Below, piece by piece: positions 10,014 through 18,775 of a stretch of 32,000 bases of DNA (the first letter of the stretch is position 1; every line of letters begins with the position of its first letter). Origin of the DNA: Candidatus Kuenenia stuttgartensis (GTDB lineage Bacteria > Planctomycetota > Brocadiia > Brocadiales > Brocadiaceae); NCBI RefSeq assembly GCF_900232105.1, contig NZ_LT934425.1, positions 2,280,001-2,312,000 on the forward strand, given 5' to 3'. Under the pieces are notes generated by a model. The model saw nothing but the letters and a program-made list of their open reading frames with translations, was not told where the DNA came from and ran no database searches. The position numbers were made by a program, and so were the translations under genes.

Positions 10014-11266
10014 GTGCTTTCCTGCAAGACCTGATTGAGTTTCGTAATGCTGTATTCCAGAAGGTCCTTTACATATTTAATGTTGTGGGCGCCGTTACTC
10101 CCATCTTCCTTGATAAAATAATAATTCGACTCCGCTTCGGTAATAACATGCCCTGCATTCGGAAGAGGGAGTTTTTTTGCCCTTTTCAAAAGAAGCTTTA
10201 GCAACCTCATTCTTTTCGAGACGAAAGATATTTGCTCAGATACTATTTTGTCAAATCCACTGTCATGGCAATTGTTGCATACCTCCGGCGCTACTTTTGA
10301 TAATAATACGTCCTTGTGGCATGCAGAGCAATTGAGCGTTGCGATAAACATGGGATCGGGTTCGTCCGCAATGCCTGCGCCGCCCGTTCCCGCCATAACC
10401 ATCCATTGCGTTTTGTAGAGAGAGAGGTCAAATGTGCGGTTCGGAATATTTGAAAGCACAACTCCATTTTTCTTCATAGCGGTATGTATAATGGCACTGT
10501 GGCATGCAACACATGATGTTTTGTGATTCATTATATGGATATCATGCATGTCCGGTGCAGTATACTTTTCCTGAATAGTTTGATGGCATACATAACAATT
10601 CTCCCTGACAACGGCGCCGTTTCCCTGTACAACAGCGAAATGACAATCGGAACAACCCACGTTCTTCCTTTCTTCATAAGCAATGTGGTTAAATGTGTTG
10701 CCGTAAATTTGAATGTTTTTTTCTACGGGAGCATGACACAAGGTACATTCGGAAATGGGTTGTTTCTCCCTTGTGAGAAGCGCCTGTTGCATGCCGGCAA
10801 AATGACATACATTGCAGGTATCGGCCTCTGTCTCAAAATGTCTTCTGCCATTACCATGCGAGTGGCAGGAGACACAGCGCAACGTAAGATTGCCTGGAAA
10901 ATGCTTTGTATGTGTTGCATGCCGGAAATCTCTTGTTTTTTTGAATCGGGTTGCCGTTTCTGAGAGTTTTTGTAAAGGATGACACAGTTCTGATGTACAA
11001 CGTTCATCCGCCATTTCGACCGCCATTACCTTCATGCTTCTGTTTTCGGGTGCATGGCAGTCGATACAGGCAATGTTCCCTGACAAGACATTGTAGCATT
11101 TATTGTTGAATGTGACGTCCGAATGGCACTTGCCGCAATATTGTGTATACTTCACCTTCGTCACGGTAAAAAACAGCGCTGCCACAGCAATTGCAATGGC
11201 TATGAGTGCAGAGATTGCCAGCCGGACGGCGTGTCTTTTATTTAAATTTTTTACTTCTTCAAACAT
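10010..11266 (-). CDS. Membrane-anchored multiheme cytochrome c (10 CxxCH plus one CX4CH)
   Basis: N-terminal TM segment AVRLAISALIAIAIAVAALFF. Motifs CGKCH, CIDCH, CTSELCH, CVSCH, CNVCH, CTLCH, CSDCH, CYVCH, CVACH, CSACH and CNNCH. Confidence 0.88.
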   Translation of the reverse strand: MFEEVKNLNKRHAVRLAISALIAIAIAVAALFFTVTKVKYTQYCGKCHSDVTFNNKCYNVLSGNIACIDCHAPENRSMKVMAVEMADERCTSELCHPLQKLSETATRFKKTRDFRHATHTKHFPGNLTLRCVSCHSHGNGRRHFETEADTCNVCHFAGMQQALLTREKQPISECTLCHAPVEKNIQIYGNTFNHIAYEERKNVGCSDCHFAVVQGNGAVVRENCYVCHQTIQEKYTAPDMHDIHIMNHKTSCVACHSAIIHTAMKKNGVVLSNIPNRTFDLSLYKTQWMVMAGTGGAGIADEPDPMFIATLNCSACHKDVLLSKVAPEVCNNCHDSGFDKIVSEQISFVSKRMRLLKLLLKRAKKLPLPNAGHVITEAESNYYFIKEDGSNGAHNIKYVKDLLEYSITKLNQVLQEST

Positions 11267-11356
11267 GATTTATTCTTCACTTACAACGTAACACTTTAGT
11301 CTTTTGAAACTGGAAATTGTCATTTGTAGTGCGACGAGGTTCGTCGCACTACATGG

Positions 11357-11385
11357 TAGAGACAGGTTTCAAACCTGTCTCTACT
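11357..11385. repeat. Palindrome with GTAGAGAC/GTCTCTAC arms, core 1
   Basis: gtagagacaggtttcaaacctgtctctac; preceded by a second palindrome, tgtagtgcgacgaggttcgtcgcactaca (11325-11354). Confidence 0.9.
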
Positions 11386-11430
11386 TAGATATCTCAAGTG
11401 AGGAACGAGCCGCAACCACTGGAATCAAAA

Positions 11431-12513
11431 TCAATGCGAATATATTTTTTCCGCCAAAACGATGGATATGTCACGGTTTAATGACGTTCTTATCATTCTT
11501 GCCCTGAGGGTACAGACATTATCTTTCAGCGTAAAGTGGAATGGTATCATTCGCTTCTCCTTATAGTGCAGCGCTGTTTTCAATTCTACAAACAGGCTTG
11601 TCTCTCTGTAGCCTGCAACATGCCCCGTTTTATTTAACAACTCTATTGTCACGAGCACTTCCCGGTATCCGTAGTCACCCGTTGGTACACTATGCGGGAT
11701 GCCGGTATTGGTTATTTCAAGTGCGCCTTCAATAGCATCTTCTGTTTGAACTATTTTAGTAAAGCAAAGGGACAACATATGCTCGTCAACGGGAATTAAC
11801 TCCTGAAAAGAAAAAAGATGCTGCTTGCCTTCCCGCTTTGGATATATCTTTTGCCAGGGTTCATCCTGAATAAGTTTTCGGACTATTTCCGGCATATGGC
11901 AGTCCTGGCAGGTCTTTTTATCTTCGGCGTCTTTTATTTCTTTCCAGACGTTATACGTGCCGGCGTGGCATTTTCCGCAAAGTTCACTGCTCTTGTAAAA
12001 CATATTCATCCCGGTAACCGGATGTGGGGCGCGGGCAGGGGTTGGTCCGGCGAGTGTGCAGTCATTTAAATGGCAGGCATTGCAATTGACCCCCTCTTCA
12101 ACATGTATATTCCGAGGGACGATGCTTGCATCGGTAAAAATGGTTTCCGGTACGTGGCATCCAAGGCAAAAAGTGAATGAATAATCAAATGCTTGTTCCC
12201 TGAAGGCATTGCTGGTATAACTTCCGGCATGGGGAGAATCTTTCCATTCATGGTAAATATCAATATGGCAATCGCCGCATTTTCCCGCTTCAGGTGACTT
12301 CATGCCTGTTTCCACCAGCTCAGGGTAAATAATGCAGCCGCTGATAATGAAGGCCATCGGAAAGAAAAAGATAACTATGAAAAAGGGGAACAGACGTCTG
12401 CCCATTGATGCATTTTCAGGATTGCTTTGTATCATGCCTTCGTTTTCCTCTGAAAATGAATGGAAGGAAGATAAAGAACAAGGCGCTTGCCACAAGAATA
12501 AAAATAAAGACAA
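11431..12513 (-). CDS. Pentaheme cytochrome c (cytochrome c554-like)
   Basis: CGDCH, CLGCH, CNACH, CGKCH and CQDCH, with an N-terminal TM/signal helix. The likely true start is MIQSNPENAS at about 12435. Confidence 0.82.
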   Translation of the reverse strand: MSLFLFLWQAPCSLSSFHSFSEENEGMIQSNPENASMGRRLFPFFIVIFFFPMAFIISGCIIYPELVETGMKSPEAGKCGDCHIDIYHEWKDSPHAGSYTSNAFREQAFDYSFTFCLGCHVPETIFTDASIVPRNIHVEEGVNCNACHLNDCTLAGPTPARAPHPVTGMNMFYKSSELCGKCHAGTYNVWKEIKDAEDKKTCQDCHMPEIVRKLIQDEPWQKIYPKREGKQHLFSFQELIPVDEHMLSLCFTKIVQTEDAIEGALEITNTGIPHSVPTGDYGYREVLVTIELLNKTGHVAGYRETSLFVELKTALHYKEKRMIPFHFTLKDNVCTLRARMIRTSLNRDISIVLAEKIYSH

Positions 12514-12730
12514 ATTCGTTGTGGATACATTTTTTGAGCAAATAGACGGGAATGAAAAACCACGGAATATGTTCCGGTTTGTTTACAGGGTTAAACGGGA
12601 GCGGGAAAAATAAAACGGCAAGGAGGTCAAGCACCACAAGAAAGCAACCAACGATAATGTACCGGAACATTTCGTTCGGGAAAAAGGGTTCCAGCATATC
12701 CGGACGTTTGTTTTTCGTGTAATCTTTCAT
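12416..12730 (-). CDS. Cytochrome b C-terminal-domain-like (subunit IV-like) membrane protein
   Basis: EPFFPNEMFRYIIVGCFLVVLDLLAVLFFPLPFNPVNKPEHIPWFFIPVYLLKK resembles the C-terminal domain of bc-type quinol oxidoreductase cytochrome b. Two hydrophobic segments. Confidence 0.6.
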   Translation of the reverse strand: MKDYTKNKRPDMLEPFFPNEMFRYIIVGCFLVVLDLLAVLFFPLPFNPVNKPEHIPWFFIPVYLLKKCIHNEFVFIFILVASALFFIFLPFIFRGKRRHDTKQS

Positions 12731-12935
12731 AAGATATGAAGTGTGTATTCCTCTTCTAATGTCTCTTTAGTCAATACCTTTTTTCTTCGGAAAAGACGCA
12801 GATAGCCATTGCACAAGTCATTGCGTTGATGAATTGTAATTACTAAGCAAAACAATATATGCCAAGCATTTTTAATGCGAATGTTTGTAACACTTTAGTC
12901 TTTTGAAAATTGATACACATATTTTAGCTTAATAT

Positions 12936-13030
12936 GGGTGGCACGGACAAGCAGTGCTTGTCCGTGGTCGTGTGCAAATGGGGCTACGTCTAATTTCCAC
13001 ACGGACAAACGGAGTTTGTCCGTGCCACCC
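12936..13030. repeat. Palindromic repeat gggtggcacggacaa...ttgtccgtgccaccc
   Basis: Outer arms gggtggcacggacaa / ttgtccgtgccaccc. Same arms at 17374-17410; related arms at about 8147-8220 and 26800-26850. Confidence 0.8.
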
Positions 13031-13199
13031 AAAACTAAACTGCAACATATTTTCAAAAAGCTAAATTGTTACGAATGTTTTGAGTTAAACAACCACATGG
13101 CAATGGTTAAAATAAAGAACGCAAACGATTTTGACAGAGATTTTTGCGCCTATGTGTAATATTTACAATGCCATGCCGGGTATAGTCAAAACATAGAGA

Positions 13200-13778
13200 C
13201 TATTTTGCGCTTATTTCCAAAGTGGTGGTGTAGACGTAATCATCCGTCTCACTGCCTTTACCATCAGCATCAACGCCTGCCGCGTAAAATGTTATTGGCT
13301 CCGTAGCGTCGGTAGGAGCCGTCCACTTCACCTTCCAGTTCTTTTTCTTTGTTCCCTTATACGTATGTTCTATATATTTATCCTTGTCAGCTTTATCAAG
13401 TCCCCGATAATCATCCGCAGGAATAACCTGTGTGGTATTCCCGATTTTTTTAAATTTTCCCACTCTGTTTCCGCTTGCATCAACCGCAGTCATTTCAAAC
13501 CCACGTTTTTTTCCACTGGAGTTGCTAAATGCTACCTTTAATTTGATAGTTTTTCCAGGGGTATACTCATAGGGACCGGAAATAGAAAATTCAGCATCCC
13601 CGGAATCGTTGGTGTATGTATCATGGCAACCACTTGCATTACAGGTGCCGGAATCATCAGGAGCTCCGGTACGGTAAGCATCAGGACCGCTTGCCGATGC
13701 AAATACTGCACTTGAAAACATACTGCATAACGATACACTCAACGCCAAACAAGAAAGAGAATTCTTTACTATTTTCAC
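13200..13778 (-). CDS. Secreted protein with a single CX4CH heme motif (choice-of-anchor-like beta domain)
   Basis: Signal peptide MKIVKNSLSCLALSVSLCSMFSSAVFA; GPDAYRTGAPDDSGTCNASGCHDTYTNDSGDAEFSISGP. Confidence 0.7.
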   Translation of the reverse strand: MKIVKNSLSCLALSVSLCSMFSSAVFASASGPDAYRTGAPDDSGTCNASGCHDTYTNDSGDAEFSISGPYEYTPGKTIKLKVAFSNSSGKKRGFEMTAVDASGNRVGKFKKIGNTTQVIPADDYRGLDKADKDKYIEHTYKGTKKKNWKVKWTAPTDATEPITFYAAGVDADGKGSETDDYVYTTTLEISAK

Positions 13779-13819
13779 ATTACAACTCCTTACAATAAAT
13801 GTTTTTATTCATACAGATA

Positions 13820-14661
13820 CTATTTCTTTTTTAAGGTAATTTCCAATGGTGTTACATCTGTTTGATTCATTTGATAGGATTGATTGTAAGCATCGTAACC
13901 TTTCTTATACACTTTCATGGAATACGCACCTGCCTTCACTTTTTCAAGAATAAATTCACCGCCTTCGTCTGTTTTCGTTTGATATTTGATCTTACCATTT
14001 TTACTGAGGCGTACTTTAGCGCCGGCAACGGGTTCTCCGGCTACATCAATCGTATCCGATAAATACTCCCGGGCATTATATTCAACAATCCAATCCTTTA
14101 TTGTGTTATATTCACTATTGCTGTTGAGGTTCGGCCACATAGTACCCTCGCTGGAATTTTTATCAAGTTTTCTCAATAAGAGAGAATCCTCACTTCCCGG
14201 AGTAACCAATCTTGGATCCGTTACTTCAGCATATGTCGTCAAGGGTATGCTACTTTCAGAGCCACCCTCTTTGTGGCACGAAATACATTTGGCGTCGAGA
14301 ATCGACTTTACACTGCTCTCATAACTTATCTCCGAAGAATTACCTCCGTTATCATTACTGGTTACCATACCAGCAAGATCGAGGTCATTTGTATTTATAA
14401 ATACTCTGCCCTCTGCTTCGGTAGTATGACAACCATCCGCATTACAACCACCATTTTCTGCGCCGGTCGGCATCGATACCGTACGGCCACGATAAGATAC
14501 AGATATGGTAAACGGTGCTGTTAAATCCTTCTCTGAGTAAAAATTTCCTAACTGATCTGATCGCAAGCGTACTTTTTGGCCATTAGCGTCTGTTATTTTT
14601 ATTTTTGCACTCTTTCTCGCATTTGAACCTTCAGCATCATCATAAATCCCCCTTTCCGGAA
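13820..14661 (-). pseudogene. 3' fragment of a secreted heme/carboxypeptidase-regulatory-like protein cut by the IS
   Basis: Coding sense continues upstream of the listed start (FPERGIYDDAEGSNARKSAKIKITDANGQKVRLRSDQ...). Contains CNADGCH (CX4CH), CISCH and GEPVAGAKVRLSKNGKIKYQTKTDEGGEFILEKVKAG. Confidence 0.7.
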
Positions 14662-16690
14662 AGATTTCAACAAAATCCTTATTTTAAGCGGGTTTCCACA
14701 AATTCAAAATAATATGTAGTCGCAGAATAAATGGCCTATTTATTAATACAAATCCTTTATAACCCTATAAATACTGACTTGACAAAATATTTTATTAATG
14801 ATAGTGTAGTCAAAGAATATTGGGACTACATTATGCACCTTACTTATAGCGATTCTAAATACAAAGGGAAAACCTATAAATCTTACTCTATTGCCGAATC
14901 CTACAGGGATGGCAAAAAGGTCAGAAAAAGAATACTTTGGCCCATCGGGAAACTTTCCGATATTCAAGCCGAGCAAATCAAACTGATATGTAAAACAGTT
15001 GAAAACACAGATCAATTGCAGACTCAGCTCAAAGACGTTGCAGTCCTGGAAAGCAGGGCATATCTCGATATAGCCGTTGTTAATGAGTTGTGGAACCAGT
15101 GGCAGCTTGATCAGGCTTTTGACTACGATGTCACTGCAGGCGCCCTTCCTACCAATATGATTGCAAAGATACTGACTATTAACAGGTGCACCGATCCGTG
15201 TTCTCATTATTCCATTCCTCATTGGGCGAAAAAGAGCGCGCTGGAGGACATTCTTAAAATTGATCTTTCAGGCCTAAATGACGATAAAATCTATTATGAA
15301 TTAGATAAAATACACAAAAACAAAATATCTATAGAGAACCACCTTTTTAACCAAACCTTCTGGAAACGTCCGGAATCCTATAAATTTATCAACTACGACC
15401 TAACTACTTCCTACTTTGTGGGATATAACTGTGATCTATCGGCATTTGGCAAGGGCAAAATAGAGTGTCATGGCAGGCGGCAGGTCTTACTGGGTGTTCT
15501 TATCAACTCTGAGGGATATCCTTTCAAATGGGATGTATTCCCCGGGAACACCGCTGAGGTAAAAACCCTCAAACAGAATATCAATGCCTGTAAAACCAGA
15601 TTCAAATTGACTGATAAAAACGTCACCCTTGTATTTGACAGAGGCATAATCTCTGAGGACAATGCCAATTTGATAGAAGAAGCCAAACTCAAATACATCT
15701 CGGCATTGGATAGAAATCAGATACCCTCTTGCGGTGTCAGTTTAAAGTCTCTTAATGGGTTATCCATAGAAGATAAGGACGCCTCCGATATACCTATCCC
15801 GCAAGGGTTTTTAAACTATGATGATGAATTATACTACCATGACAATGGCGTCATAGGAAACAAGCGTTTTATTACCGGTTTTAATCCCACTTTATTTATA
15901 GAAGACCGCAATAATAGAGACGAGAAAATAACCTTTTTTAAGGATTATCTCAAAGAAGAGAATAAAAACCTTAAAAATGCCCAAAGAGACCGGCAATATG
16001 ACGCAACAAAGAGCCGCATTGTAGATGAGCTGAAAAGGTTAAAGATTCATAAATATTTCGAAGACCCTGTTCTGACGTCCATCACCGTTACCCATAGACT
16101 GAAAAACGGGCAGGTCAAATCCGTCAAAAGTTTCAAAATAGAAATCAAGCTGTTAACTGATGTTATAGCCGCAGATAGATTGTTGGATGGCGTATGTGTT
16201 TTTATCACTAACCATACAGAACGGGAAGATGGAGGTGCGTTTAAAGCAAAACCCCAATCTATAGTTAGAGCCTATCGGGACAAGACAAAAATAGAAGATG
16301 TCTTTAAAAATGTAAAATCGTTCTTAAAAATCAGGCCCTTCTTTGTCAATACCGAGGCACATGTTAAAGCCGTCTATACTATCTGCATCCTGGCATATTT
16401 TATAAACCGTTATCTATCAAACCAACGAAAGGCAATAGGAGAAAAAGATTTTTTAAACTCAAAGGAACTCTATGCGCCGTTCAAAGATATAGATATCGCC
16501 ACTCTTGAGGCTAAAAATACCGGTGAAACCTTAAAGAAAGCCGTGAAACTTCCCGCCGTCACACAAATGCTATTGGAAAAACTTGGAATGTCCAATGTTG
16601 TTTTCGGCCAGTAATTAAAAGACTTCCAAAAGACATGTAGTCGCAGAATCAATGTTTATAAGTGTTTGCCAAATTTGACTTTAGTAATTT
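14662..16690 (+). mobile_element. IS1634/IS4-like insertion sequence
   Basis: Contains one intact transposase. Flanked by direct repeat ctttccggaa (14652-14661 and 16691-16700), a candidate target duplication, and inserted within one coding region. Exact ends are tentative. Confidence 0.65.
14731..16614 (+). CDS. IS1634/IS4 superfamily DDE transposase
   Basis: 627 aa: YKGKTYKSYSIAESYRDGKKVRKRILWPIGKL, VTLVFDRGIISEDN, KPQSIVRAYRDKTKIEDVFKNVKSFLKIRPFFV (YREK-like signature). Confidence 0.85.
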   Translation: MAYLLIQILYNPINTDLTKYFINDSVVKEYWDYIMHLTYSDSKYKGKTYKSYSIAESYRDGKKVRKRILWPIGKLSDIQAEQIKLICKTVENTDQLQTQLKDVAVLESRAYLDIAVVNELWNQWQLDQAFDYDVTAGALPTNMIAKILTINRCTDPCSHYSIPHWAKKSALEDILKIDLSGLNDDKIYYELDKIHKNKISIENHLFNQTFWKRPESYKFINYDLTTSYFVGYNCDLSAFGKGKIECHGRRQVLLGVLINSEGYPFKWDVFPGNTAEVKTLKQNINACKTRFKLTDKNVTLVFDRGIISEDNANLIEEAKLKYISALDRNQIPSCGVSLKSLNGLSIEDKDASDIPIPQGFLNYDDELYYHDNGVIGNKRFITGFNPTLFIEDRNNRDEKITFFKDYLKEENKNLKNAQRDRQYDATKSRIVDELKRLKIHKYFEDPVLTSITVTHRLKNGQVKSVKSFKIEIKLLTDVIAADRLLDGVCVFITNHTEREDGGAFKAKPQSIVRAYRDKTKIEDVFKNVKSFLKIRPFFVNTEAHVKAVYTICILAYFINRYLSNQRKAIGEKDFLNSKELYAPFKDIDIATLEAKNTGETLKKAVKLPAVTQMLLEKLGMSNVVFGQ

Positions 16691-17018
16691 CTTTCCGGAA
16701 CATGGGATAAATCGTTCCCCCAATAGAAAACGTATGTTCTCTGCCTCCTGTGTGGCAACCGCTCGTCAAACAATTCCTTCCTGCGTTGTGAGAATCCTCG
16801 TCTTCACCATCATCATCATCATCTTCTTCCTCCCCATCTTCGTCTTCATCATTATTTATTTTATGATCAGCATCATTGCCCTTTTGTAATAAATAGACCC
16901 CGGTATTTTTATTCAAAACACCTGCAAATGACATTGAAATCACATATATTTGAAAAACAATTATTGCCAAAATACAGTAAATAGATTTCAGAAATTTTTT
17001 GTTCATTGAACTGTTCAT
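16656..17018 (-). pseudogene. 5' fragment of the IS-interrupted secreted CX4CH protein
   Basis: MNKKFLKSIYCILAIIVFQIYVISMSFA signal, acidic linker NNDEDEDGEEEDDDDDGEDED, then NCLTSGCHTGGREHTFSIGGTIYP. Coding sense stops near 16700, where IS sequence begins. Confidence 0.65.
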
Positions 17019-17489
17019 AAAACGATCTTCCCGTAAAAAAGTTGAAACAAGGTATATATCCTGAAAAAGCACTTTTTGTTTGCCATTAGCTCTCAAAAAA
17101 CTTCTGCCCTCTATGGCTAAAGCAACTAGAATACCATACAATTCAGAAAGAATTTGCATTGATTATAAGTATCTGAAACATTATTACTTAAAATAAATTT
17201 ATCGTTTATTTTATCATTATTACAACACATGAATTTTTCAGACTTTTGTAATTTTTACAGATAACTATTGTAATTGTGACATTATTCAGGGGGTCAGAAA
17301 AAGATTCCTATCTTTTCGCGCTTTCGCGTTATATCCAAGATGCTCATAAAATATGAATTTTAAATTGTTAATTGGGTGGCACGGACAAACCTTGTTTGTC
17401 CGTGCCACCCTCTATCGATACTTAAATACTATATTAAATTTTTCTAAAAACAGATGCTTTTGACTATATCAGGAGGCTTACGTGTATTG

Positions 17490-17753
17490 ATACCTGGATT
17501 GTATATTAAATTTTAGAAAAATAGATACTTTTGGCTATAAACAATTAGTAGAGACACGACATGTCGTGTCTCTACGTGACTCATGCTTCCCTGTCTGCGT
17601 ACGTTTCCGAAGGTAGCCAGACCGTCCCGGTCTGGGCGAGTCGCCTGTCTGCGTGCCGGGACGTATAGGCAAGGCCGCTTGTGTATTAAATATCACAAGC
17701 AGGATGCTTGTGTTACATTGTGCAGATAGTTACAAAAAATCGGGAATGCGCCC
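17490..17753. repeat. MITE-like element, family R1, copy 2 (one TIR end visible)
   Basis: Ends gttacaaaaaatcgggaatgcgccc. Shares cacaagcaggatgcttgtgttacattgtgcagat with the 8.2 kb copy and cgtacgtttccgaaggtagccagaccgtcccggtctgggcgagtcgcctgtctgcgtgccggg with the inverted 26.6 kb copy. Confidence 0.75.
17548..17575. repeat. Palindrome with GTAGAGAC/GTCTCTAC arms, core 2
   Basis: gtagagacacgacatgtcgtgtctctac. Confidence 0.9.
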
Positions 17754-17776
17754 GGGAAATATGCTATAGTAGCCGC

Positions 17777-18280
17777 ATGAACGAAGAACATTCACCTATG
17801 AAATTGCTTATGAAAAGATTGCAGCATAATGAAAGTGAAGTGGTGCGCCAAGCCCTTGAAGAAATCGGCAGATCCGGAAAGGGGAATCGCGAGGCCATAA
17901 AAATGCTTCAGGATTTTTTAAAGGGAGAGCGGCGAATGCCTCTCCGCGTTTTGGCGGTTCAAACTATTGCGAAAATAAAGGAGTCCCCTCAATCTTCCAC
18001 AAAAGAATTCAAAAAACCGAACGTCTTTCAGTGTCCGGGGGCGGAGAAGATAAAAAGGGTTGAAATTTTGGAGGTAACGTGTCCCCACTGCCACCAGGAA
18101 GGTACGGCGTCGGTAGCCGGTTTTGAATATGAATTCGCATGCGAGAGCTGCGGGGGCATGATAAAGCGAGATATCCCTGAAAGCTGTATCGAGAAGTGTC
18201 CTATGGGAAGCGAGTGTGTTGGTGAAGGGCGTTATCAAAAATATTTACACGGCAGAAAAAAAGCTACTGGAGATACATAG
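17777..18280 (+). CDS. Small HEAT-like/zinc-ribbon protein (paralog A)
   Basis: MNEEHSPMKLLMKRLQHNESEVVRQALEEIGRSGKGNREAIKMLQDFL... with CPHC / CESC zinc-ribbon pairs. Nearly identical to the ORF at 28830-29324. Confidence 0.7.
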   Translation: MNEEHSPMKLLMKRLQHNESEVVRQALEEIGRSGKGNREAIKMLQDFLKGERRMPLRVLAVQTIAKIKESPQSSTKEFKKPNVFQCPGAEKIKRVEILEVTCPHCHQEGTASVAGFEYEFACESCGGMIKRDIPESCIEKCPMGSECVGEGRYQKYLHGRKKATGDT

Positions 18281-18306
18281 CGCAGCAAAAAGTCGCAACC
18301 AAAAAT

Positions 18307-18334
18307 GTAGAGACGCACGGCCGTGCGTCTCTAC
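18307..18334. repeat. Palindrome with GTAGAGAC/GTCTCTAC arms, core 3
   Basis: gtagagacgcacggccgtgcgtctctac. Confidence 0.9.
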
Positions 18335-18489
18335 TAATCAATGCCTTACTGTTGCTTCGACAAGCTCCGCACGAGTATGCATTTTGAAAAACGAGCATTA
18401 AAAACAAGAAGTTGATGGATAGTAGTACAAAGAAAAACTTACAAAAAAAGAGGTTTTTACAGGGCAATATTATAAACCCATTTACTGGC

Positions 18490-18556
18490 AAAATGGAGTA
18501 GTGTATTTCTCTATACCTACCGTAGTCATTGGCTCGTGGGCGAGAAAGACAAGGGG
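18490..18556 (-). pseudogene. Short 3' fragment of the MBL-fold hydrolase gene found at 30956-31540
   Basis: Minus strand reads LVFLAHEPMTTVGIEKYTTPFC, against LVFPAHGPMTTVGIEKYTNPFC at 30977-31045. DNA nearly identical. Confidence 0.75.
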
Positions 18557-18775
18557 CTGCTGGGGTCATTTAGAGAAGCAAGGATGGTTTATATTGATTT
18601 ATGTTGCAGGTATAGGTTGTATCATAAAAGTTTAAGGGAAATTGGTCAGGAGCTGGGAGGTTTAACCGTTGGAGGGATGAGTCAGGTAAGAAAGAGATTA
18701 AAAGAAAAACTGCAGAAAGACGATACCTTAAGGTTCATGTATAACCGGTGCAATAAGGCGCTCTCCGACGAATAG
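18557..18775 (+). pseudogene. C-terminal fragment of a REP-associated/IS200-like transposase (DnaA-C-like HTH tail)
   Basis: REARMVYIDLCCRYRLYHKSLREIGQELGGLTVGGMSQVRKRLKEKLQKDDTLRFMYNRCNKAL; no catalytic Y1 domain upstream. Confidence 0.55.

Noticed and set aside
10523-11291. ORFs opposite the 11-heme cytochrome
   Set aside because: They are shadows of the CxxCH-rich coding strand.
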